This document shows positions 1 to 5,868 of a DNA stretch of 42,091 nucleotides, one piece after another. Source of the DNA: Candidatus Gastranaerophilales bacterium. GTDB taxonomy: Bacteria > Cyanobacteriota > Vampirovibrionia > Gastranaerophilales > Gastranaerophilaceae. The DNA lies in NCBI GenBank assembly GCA_944325045.1, contig CALUYR010000309.1, positions 1 through 42,091 of the forward strand, read 5' to 3'. The notes below the pieces were generated by a model, which was given only the letters and a program-made list of their open reading frames with translations, had not been told where the DNA came from and did no database searches. Position 1 is the first letter of the stretch. The number at the start of each line of letters is the position of its first letter. The position numbers and the translations under genes are program-made.

Positions 1-77
1 ATGTCGGCGCGCGCGGGTGGTGCCGTCCTTTACGGAGTAAACAATAAATAAGGTTATAAAGAGGACAAGTACGACTT
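1..77. repeat. Terminal direct repeat (left copy), identical to 42015-42091; assembly overlap of a circular or circularly permuted genome
   Basis: Compared base by base: atgtcggcgcgcgcgggtgg...gaggacaagtacgactt occurs at both ends. The left copy holds the last 47 nt of the tail-fibre ORF, including its stop at 45-47. Confidence 0.95.
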
Positions 78-109
78 ATGATGAAATTACAGGGTATAGG
101 TCTATTCGG

Positions 110-221
110 GCGTTTGATAGTTGGCGGGAATTGGAATAACTCCGGCTACACTGGTCCTTCGTGTCGTAATGGTAATAACCCGGCTCTGAATCTGAACACG
201 AATGTCGGCGCGCGCAGGTGG
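110..221 (+). repeat. DGR template repeat (TR)
   Basis: 112 nt align to VR 41926-42034 (109 nt). All 13 substitutions are at TR adenines, and there is one 3-nt indel. Nine AAY codons (aat/aac) occur in the VR reading frame. It ends in the GC-rich stretch gtcggcgcgcgcAggtgg. Confidence 0.92.
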
Positions 222-355
222 ATACGTAATTGCGGCTAGTAAGCCGCTGGACGGCTGGACCTATATCCTTTCCGTATTCGCAGGATATGGAAGAATACAC
301 AACAGGAAAGCCCTTTGTTAGTAGGGCTGCCGAAAGTAAGGGGCTTTTCGCTTTT
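222..355 (+). promoter_or_regulatory. DGR spacer between TR and RT start, with predicted stem-loops (232-247 gcggc/gccgc; 309-328 agccct/agggct)
   Basis: Non-homologous to the VR flank from 222 onward. Short perfect stems were read directly. The location matches the Sp region of characterised DGR RNAs. Confidence 0.5.
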
Positions 356-1753
356 ATGGTAAGAAGACACGGGAATTTGTACGAAAAATTTATAACATTG
401 GATAATTTTATATGCGCTTTTCATAAAGCTAAAAAAGGAAGAAGAGATAATAAATATGTGCGCAAAATTCTTGGAACACAACGCAAAAATGAGACCAGAA
501 AAGAATATGAAAAACGCAGGGAAAAACGGATAAAAAGATTTATGCAACATTTGATATACATAGTTGATAGCGGAAAATTTACTACAAGTGAATACAAGAC
601 AAGGGATATAAAAGATCCTAAGCCAAGAACGCTTTATATTCTACCGCTATATCCGGATAGGATAGTACAACATGCGTTAGTCAATGTTCTAAAACCTATA
701 TGGGATAAATTATTTATTTATAATAGTTACGCTTGCCGAGAAGGTAAAGGCCAACATAAATGTTCCAAAAAAATTTCGGAATATGTAAAACGTTATAAAT
801 ACTGCGCCCAGACAGACGTATCAAAATTTTATCCAAGTATACCTCATAATGAACTTTATGCCGTAATACAAAGAAAAATAAAAGATAAAAAGATATTAGC
901 GTTATTAAAGGATATAGTATACTCCATAGAAGGCGAAACCAATACCCCTATAGGTAACTTATTAAGTCAGCATTTAGGTAATCTTTATCTTAATGAAGCG
1001 GATCAATTTGAGGCGCACGTTCTAAAGCTTAAAGCGATTGGTCGATATATGGACGATAAGTCACATTTTAGTAACAATCTTCCGGAATTAAAGGAAAAAA
1101 TCGAACAGTTTGAAACTTTCCTATCGGAAAATTTAAAACTCAAATTAAGCAAAAAGAAATTTTTACGCTGTGATAACGGTGTCCCATTCATAGGTTATAG
1201 GCATTTTCCGGGTTACGTTTTGCTTAAAAAGAGAACTGCAAAACGGATCCGGAAAAAGGTCACTAAATTAGACAGGTTATTAGAAGAAAATAAAATAACT
1301 CTCATTCAATATACTTCTACGTTAGGGGCTTTTTACGGCTGGGCTAAACACGCCAACACGTATAACTTTCGTAAACGTATAGGGTTAGATGAGAAGTTTG
1401 AAAACGCGAGAAAAAGAATAAAGGAGGTAAAAATGCGCGGATTTCCAAAGTACACAGATATTGCGACAAAGTATGACGTTGAAAACTTAAAGGCTATTTT
1501 TCCTAATGAGACTAAAAAATTTTTAGAATCATTGAGAGATGATCGCTTTGTATGGGTTACGGTCTCCCCCCTTGCTTCAAAAGAGATAGGGGTAACAGAC
1601 GACACTCACAGAGTTATTGAGAGCATGGATCAAGACAATCCGGAAACTATATTATACTATCAGCAGGAACTGATAGAAGACGAACATGCTCGATTATTCC
1701 GCATGGGGTACACAGTCGAACAAGTCAATACACTTATAGAAAACTTGTCGTAG
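356..1753 (+). CDS. DGR reverse transcriptase with a ~106-aa C-terminal extension
   Basis: The ORF track opens at a TTG at 230, but ATG 356 gives the typical DGR RT N-terminus MVRRHGNLYEKFITLDNFICAFHKAKKGRR. Motifs seen: DRIVQHAL, TDVSKFYPSI, PIGNLLSQHLGNLYL (IGxxxSQ), GRYMDD (YxDD) and VPFIGYR. Confidence 0.93.
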   Translation: MVRRHGNLYEKFITLDNFICAFHKAKKGRRDNKYVRKILGTQRKNETRKEYEKRREKRIKRFMQHLIYIVDSGKFTTSEYKTRDIKDPKPRTLYILPLYPDRIVQHALVNVLKPIWDKLFIYNSYACREGKGQHKCSKKISEYVKRYKYCAQTDVSKFYPSIPHNELYAVIQRKIKDKKILALLKDIVYSIEGETNTPIGNLLSQHLGNLYLNEADQFEAHVLKLKAIGRYMDDKSHFSNNLPELKEKIEQFETFLSENLKLKLSKKKFLRCDNGVPFIGYRHFPGYVLLKKRTAKRIRKKVTKLDRLLEENKITLIQYTSTLGAFYGWAKHANTYNFRKRIGLDEKFENARKRIKEVKMRGFPKYTDIATKYDVENLKAIFPNETKKFLESLRDDRFVWVTVSPLASKEIGVTDDTHRVIESMDQDNPETILYYQQELIEDEHARLFRMGYTVEQVNTLIENLS

Positions 1754-1764
1754 TCCTCGTGTTT

Positions 1765-1793
1765 CGGAGGCGGTTAAACTGCCTCCGTTTTCT
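1765..1793. terminator. Bidirectional intrinsic terminator between the convergent RT gene and the 1794-2354 gene
   Basis: cggaggc (1765-1771) / gcctccg (1781-1787) stem followed by ttttct. Confidence 0.7.
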
Positions 1794-2354
1794 TTAGTGG
1801 AATAGCTTATAACTCCATGACGATTTGAGTTCTTCAATTTGCTTTTTAAGTGCGGAATTTTCCAACTCTAAAGTTTCAAACTTTTTCAAAAGGTCTTCAT
1901 GTTTAATTGATAAAGTTTGATAATCTGCATTGAGTTCAAAATACTTCTCTTCCGTTATTCTAGCACTATCTGTTAATAGCTTTGTTTGTTGTCCGGAATT
2001 TTCTAATGCCCATTTAAGAGCATTTATTGCGTCTCCCAAAATTTTCATTTCGGACATTTTAGAACTTTGTAAACTTTTTGAAACATTTTCGAACTCTACG
2101 TCTAAAACATTTTCGGAATTGGTTGAACTATTCGAAACATTTTCAAACGAATTTGAAACAGTTTCAAAATTTTCAGAATTTTCCGAAGTTTTATATCGTT
2201 CTATATCTTCCCTTGTCAACAGAGCTTTTAAGCCGTCAGCACGTTCAACAGTTTCAAACTTTCCGGAATTAATCCAATAATATGCCTTTGATTTTTTCCA
2301 ATTAAGCAATCTCATTAAGTCTTGCGCCGATAGTTCTAACTTTTCCATTCTCAA
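1794..2354 (-). CDS. HTH (excisionase/MerR-like) DNA-binding protein with an internal FENVS-type repeat and a C-terminal coiled coil
   Basis: The N-terminus LSAQDLMRLLNWKKSKAYYWINSGKFETV resembles excisionase-family HTH domains. Internal repeats read SENSENFETVSNSFENVSNS...FENVSKS. The C-terminus is heptad-like. Confidence 0.6.
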   Translation of the reverse strand: MRMEKLELSAQDLMRLLNWKKSKAYYWINSGKFETVERADGLKALLTREDIERYKTSENSENFETVSNSFENVSNSSTNSENVLDVEFENVSKSLQSSKMSEMKILGDAINALKWALENSGQQTKLLTDSARITEEKYFELNADYQTLSIKHEDLLKKFETLELENSALKKQIEELKSSWSYKLFH

Positions 2355-2611
2355 ACTTTCCTAAACTTTTTCAAACTATTGTAAATTTTTTTAACCTCTT
2401 GACAAGAGTATACCATGCTTGCTAAACTCATGCATGTTTTGTGAACGTTTGTAAATGTAGATTAACGCAAATTAACGCAAAACGAAAAATTAAATATGAA
2501 AAAAGGCCTTGGAAAAACCAAAACCTTAATTAAAATTCGCAATTTAATTATACAACGGTTTTTCTACTTGGTCAATAGCTTTTTATGCAAAATTTTGAGG
2601 GAGGTAGAAAA
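2355..2611. promoter_or_regulatory. Divergent promoter region
   Basis: Rightward promoter: ttgaca (2399-2404), 18-nt spacer, taaact. Leftward promoter: extended -10 tggtatact on the minus strand over about 2405-2413. An exact tandem repeat attaacgcaa x2 lies at 2461-2480. Confidence 0.45.
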
Positions 2612-3166
2612 ATGGCTTTAAATGCAGCAGTATCAAACGGTTTAGAAAAAATTGACGTTTCTTGTTATCATGACATGTTATCATGTCATATAGAAGAGGA
2701 TTTAACATCATGTCATAGTCATGTATCATGCCATGATCAAGATCATGAAAGTATTACAAGGTATTCATGTCATGAGCAGGACGAAGTCGAAAATTACAAA
2801 AAACTTTCTAAAGATGATTGGAATTATTTAGTTAGTGTTCTGGAAAGCTGGAGAGTGTATAATCCGCGCTCTGTAATTAAGAGATACGGTGCTTTGAATG
2901 CTTGGGAAGCTATGGTAAGAACTAAGGATTTTACCCCAAGAGTTCCGGGCGCATATTTCACAAAGGTGATACGCTCATTAACGGGAATGAACGGAAAGTT
3001 ACAAGAACTAAGAGAACAAGAACAAAAACGAGTTTCATTAATTGAAGCATTCAATAGTTACAAAGCGGCCAGAGCTTACTTAAATTCTATATCTGATGAT
3101 GATTTATCTAACCCAGAAATTGCAATAAACGTAAATAAGCTAAAAGAAAAATGGAATTTCGGCTAG
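2612..3166 (+). CDS. Hypothetical protein with an N-terminal Cys/His-rich SCH repeat; possible origin-binding or replication-associated protein
   Basis: RBS gagggaggt lies before ATG 2612 (the ORF track opens at 2585). The motif VPGAYFTKVIRSL resembles DnaD/replisome-organiser-like helices, from memory only. Confidence 0.55.
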   Translation: MALNAAVSNGLEKIDVSCYHDMLSCHIEEDLTSCHSHVSCHDQDHESITRYSCHEQDEVENYKKLSKDDWNYLVSVLESWRVYNPRSVIKRYGALNAWEAMVRTKDFTPRVPGAYFTKVIRSLTGMNGKLQELREQEQKRVSLIEAFNSYKAARAYLNSISDDDLSNPEIAINVNKLKEKWNFG

Positions 3167-3194
3167 TTCTTTGTAAAATTTTTCACTCAACCTA

Positions 3195-3223
3195 TTGATA
3201 TTGCTGTAAAAATGAGACATAAT
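3195..3223 (+). promoter_or_regulatory. Sigma70-like promoter
   Basis: ttgata, 17-nt spacer, cataat. The conserved motif copy at 3226-3240 follows directly. Confidence 0.5.
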
Positions 3224-3225
3224 AT

Positions 3226-3240
3226 AAGTGTCGAACACAA
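3226..3240 (+). promoter_or_regulatory. Conserved leader motif copy 1 (aaGTGTCGAACACAA)
   Basis: Matches the consensus ATTGTCGAACACAAAAA and lies 16 nt upstream of the 3256 start. Confidence 0.6.
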
Positions 3241-3255
3241 TTTGCAGGTTTTATC

Positions 3256-3501
3256 GTGGAGATAGAGGTTATTAGAGAATACATACCGTTTATAGCTATA
3301 TGCGTATTGTTATATCTACTACAAATGAATATATTTGTTAGAACGGAAAAGCTTGAAAAAGTACACAGAGAGATTCTTGATGAGGTAGAAAAAAAGTACG
3401 CAACGAAAGAAACAAGTGAACATTTTAGAACTCAAATATCCGATATTCAAATTAAAATTGATAAAATCTACGATAAGTTAATAGGTGAAAAGCATGAATA
3501 A
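3256..3501 (+). CDS. Small membrane protein, putative holin
   Basis: GTG start. One hydrophobic segment (IPFIAICVLLYLLQMNIFV) is followed by a charged helix. It sits immediately upstream of, and overlaps, the amidase gene. Confidence 0.5.
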   Translation: MEIEVIREYIPFIAICVLLYLLQMNIFVRTEKLEKVHREILDEVEKKYATKETSEHFRTQISDIQIKIDKIYDKLIGEKHE

Positions 3502-3976
3502 AATCATAATTCACTGGACGGCTGGGGCATATAAACCGAATGCTACTGATCTGGAACATTATCATTTTTTAATTGACGGCGAAGGGCAAAAGCATGAAGG
3601 AAAATATAGGCCCGAAGATAACGAAAATTGTAATGACGGAAAGTATGCCGCCCATACAGGCGGTGGGAATACAGGAGCAATAGGCGTAAGTATGTGCGCT
3701 ATGGCAGGTTTTGTTTCTCAAAATAATTGCGGTAAATATCCTATAACTCCGGTGCAATTAGAAGCTTGCTTTAAGTTATGCGCGGAACTATCAAAAAAAT
3801 ATGATATTCCGGTTGAAAATATTATGACGCATTATGAGTTTGGGCTTAATCACCCTAAAACTGCAAGTCATGGGAAAATAGATATTACTTATCTACCGCC
3901 ATACCCGGAAGTTAAAAAGAACGAAGTAGGCGGATTTATACGAAATAAAATACGTTGGTATTTGTTGAAAATATAA
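3494..3976 (+). CDS. N-acetylmuramoyl-L-alanine amidase (amidase_2/PGRP type, T7-lysozyme-sized endolysin)
   Basis: IIIHWTAG...HYHFLIDGEGQ...AAHTGGGNTGAIGVS...MTHYEF follows the amidase_2 pattern. RBS aggtga lies before ATG 3494 (alternative GTG at 3485). No cell-wall-binding domain is present. Confidence 0.8.
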   Translation: MNKIIIHWTAGAYKPNATDLEHYHFLIDGEGQKHEGKYRPEDNENCNDGKYAAHTGGGNTGAIGVSMCAMAGFVSQNNCGKYPITPVQLEACFKLCAELSKKYDIPVENIMTHYEFGLNHPKTASHGKIDITYLPPYPEVKKNEVGGFIRNKIRWYLLKI

Positions 3977-3991
3977 TTGTCGAACTAAAAA
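3975..3991 (+). promoter_or_regulatory. Conserved leader motif copy 2 (AATTGTCGAACTAAAAA, degenerate)
   Basis: Lies 15 nt upstream of ATG 4006, directly before RBS aggaggt. Confidence 0.5.
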
Positions 3992-4005
3992 CAGGAGGTA
4001 GAAAC

Positions 4006-4233
4006 ATGGCAGATGAAGAATTGAAAGAAGGGTTAAAAGAAGACGCTAAACAGGAAGCTCTGGAACTTGCAGAAGACGTAACAAAAGATTCCATTGAACA
4101 CGTATTTACTTTCGCTATTAATGCGATTAACAAATACGGTAACAATGTTCTTAAAGCTATTATCCCGATTTTGCAAACTGCAAAAGAATTTTTGCTTGAC
4201 TTAGCTGATAAAATTGACGGGGTAGAGGGCTAA
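4006..4233 (+). CDS. Hypothetical acidic protein
   Basis: RBS caggaggt precedes ATG 4006 (the ORF track opens at 3955). Confidence 0.6.
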   Translation: MADEELKEGLKEDAKQEALELAEDVTKDSIEHVFTFAINAINKYGNNVLKAIIPILQTAKEFLLDLADKIDGVEG

Positions 4234-4469
4234 TGTTTTTAGCCCTCAAAGCCTTTTTTGATTCCGTTACTGCCGGGTTTAATTTTGGAAAAACCAGAAC
4301 GGAAAAACAAGCGGAAACATACGCCATAAAAGACGCTAAAAAGTTACAAGAGGCTACGGATATAGCCGAAGACATTATTTTTTTGTATATGAAGTACGCT
4401 TCAAAAATGGCAGAAGATGACAGAAAAAAACTACTTAAACTGATTAAAAAGTTTAAAAAATATAATTAA
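4233..4469 (+). CDS. Hypothetical protein
   Basis: The ATG overlaps the upstream stop (taatg). The ORF runs to 4469 and is followed by a terminator. Confidence 0.55.
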   Translation: MFLALKAFFDSVTAGFNFGKTRTEKQAETYAIKDAKKLQEATDIAEDIIFLYMKYASKMAEDDRKKLLKLIKKFKKYN

Positions 4470-4486
4470 TATGCTGATTTGAAAAT

Positions 4487-4520
4487 AAAGCCGCTAGTGA
4501 ATGTTAGCGGCTTTTCTTTC
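4487..4520. terminator. Bidirectional stem-loop between convergent genes; overlaps the 3' end of the RuvC-like gene
   Basis: agccgcta (4490-4497) / tagcggct (4506-4513), flanked by an A-run and a T-run. Confidence 0.6.
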
Positions 4521-4985
4521 TGCTATTGTTTTCTGTCTTCCATATTCTGCTATTAGTACAGCGTCACAGGTATCGTAAGTTAAATTGCATTCCGGCCAGC
4601 GTTTCTGTGCGGCTTCTTTAAGAGCTTTTTTCTTTTCTCTGTATTCCTTCCCCCTTATTCTCAATTTTAAACCAGCTTGCCATGTAGCCGGGGGAATTTC
4701 ATAGTAAGGTATTTTCAAAGCAGTTAGTATACCAAGCCACATACCAAAATTTTTTCCAAAAGAAAATGCAGAGGCTTTGCCGTCATGAGGCATTGAATGC
4801 ACCTGTTCAATGTAAGCAATAATTCTATCGTCAAACATTTGCGCTAAAATTTTCTCATTGATAAGCTTAGAGGCTATGTCTAATACAGTCAATTTGTTGT
4901 AGGCATAAGGCTCGGGTTGTCCGTTTAAATCCATAAAACAAAAGCCGCCATGTTGGCCTGGATCAATACCCAATATTCTTACCAT
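4494..4985 (-). CDS. RuvC-like Holliday junction resolvase
   Basis: N-terminal RILGIDPG catalytic-Asp motif and C-terminal TCDAVLIAEYG. The size is typical of phage RuvC-like resolvases. Confidence 0.75.
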   Translation of the reverse strand: MVRILGIDPGQHGGFCFMDLNGQPEPYAYNKLTVLDIASKLINEKILAQMFDDRIIAYIEQVHSMPHDGKASAFSFGKNFGMWLGILTALKIPYYEIPPATWQAGLKLRIRGKEYREKKKALKEAAQKRWPECNLTYDTCDAVLIAEYGRQKTIAERKAANIH

Positions 4986-5416
4986 AATTTTAAACCCCCT
5001 AGCAGGCGTTTTAAGACACCCGGCTTTTCAGACTTAAAATATACATATAAACATGGTTTAAGCTTGTTGTCGGTCATTTTCGCTTCGGATTTTGCCCCTT
5101 TTTTATAGTTCTCTGATTCTGCAATATAACTTTTTAATATTTCTCTCAAAGAATCTTCAAAAAACGGATTGTAAAATTCCTGTGTAATCATCTTTATTAA
5201 ATACTCTGCCGGTATTCTCATGACAAGGTTAATGCCTTCCGATACCAAAAAAACATATATGCCGTCTCTATATCCTTCTTCCTGTAAGATTGAAACAATC
5301 CGCACTTCCACATCAACAAACGGATACAGCATAAATATGTGCCGCTTGATCCGATTAAATATGATTGCTTCTATATTGTTTCCGTCTTTTTCATTTTTTA
5401 TTTCTTTTAATGCCAT
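4979..5416 (-). CDS. Hypothetical protein
   Basis: ORF in the operon, with overlapping start and stop junctions. Confidence 0.55.
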   Translation of the reverse strand: MALKEIKNEKDGNNIEAIIFNRIKRHIFMLYPFVDVEVRIVSILQEEGYRDGIYVFLVSEGINLVMRIPAEYLIKMITQEFYNPFFEDSLREILKSYIAESENYKKGAKSEAKMTDNKLKPCLYVYFKSEKPGVLKRLLGGLKLW

Positions 5417-5673
5417 TAGCTTACTCCATTTCTTTGTTTAAATACTTTTAAAAGTTCTTCCAATCGTCTTTTTTGTCTTTCTTCTTTAGTAGTTTCTTTT
5501 ATCGTATCTAGCATTTTATGAGCAAGGGTTACAGCCCCGTCATCATAAGTATGTGTAATTATTGAACCGTCATCACATCTATACGTACATATTTCACTTA
5601 TAGAACCGCTTTCACGTACAGCAGAACGAGTATAAATAGGTTGGCCGTTTATCAATATCGATACCGTAATCAT
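5416..5673 (-). CDS. Hypothetical protein
   Basis: ORF translationally coupled on both sides. Confidence 0.55.
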   Translation of the reverse strand: MITVSILINGQPIYTRSAVRESGSISEICTYRCDDGSIITHTYDDGAVTLAHKMLDTIKETTKEERQKRRLEELLKVFKQRNGVS

Positions 5674-5858
5674 TAGCCTTTTTCCTTTCTGGGCTTTTTA
5701 GTTAGGTGGTAATATCCGCATATAGGACATTCATACACATATAACGTAACGCCCCGCTCTTCCTTAATCCGTTTAACAGTTTGTTCCGCTATTTGCTTTG
5801 AGCGGTAAAACTTTTTTCTTAAACAACTGCGCCACATCTGTTCAGCTTGCCAGCCCAT
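5673..5858 (-). CDS. Small basic protein with a C-terminal CxxC...H zinc-ribbon-like motif
   Basis: The sequence YVYECPICGYYHLTKK is seen. It is coupled to the flanking genes. Confidence 0.5.
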   Translation of the reverse strand: MGWQAEQMWRSCLRKKFYRSKQIAEQTVKRIKEERGVTLYVYECPICGYYHLTKKPRKEKG

Positions 5859-5868
5859 TTACTCCCTC

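Larger units (their letters stand above)
110..1753 (+). mobile_element. DGR template-repeat / spacer / reverse-transcriptase cassette; the target VR lies at 41926-42034 across the contig junction
   Basis: TR/VR pair with adenine-only mismatches, plus an adjacent RT with DGR-type motifs. Confidence 0.9.

Noticed and set aside
230-355. N-terminal extension of the RT ORF as given in the ORF track (start at 230).
   Set aside because: Position 230 is a TTG inside the TR flank. The ATG at 356 yields the canonical DGR RT N-terminus (LYEKF...NF..AF.KAKKGRR).
76-550. Minus-strand ORFs 76-300 and 236-550 overlapping the TR, spacer and RT start. I considered them as a possible Avd-like accessory gene.
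   Set aside because: They are antisense to the TR and RT, lack an RBS, have low-complexity Ser/Cys/Phe-rich composition and show no four-helix-bundle character. They are most likely spurious.
356-1753. The RT as a retron or group II intron RT.
   Set aside because: An adjacent TR with a cognate VR is present. The IGxxxSQ motif replaces the group II type motif. No intron RNA domains, maturase/En domains or msr/msd-like inverted repeats were seen.
2496-2627. 43-codon ORF (MKKGLGKTKTLIKIRN...) in the 2355-2611 intergenic leader.
   Set aside because: No Shine-Dalgarno sequence precedes it, unlike essentially every real gene here. It overlaps the RBS and start of the next gene.
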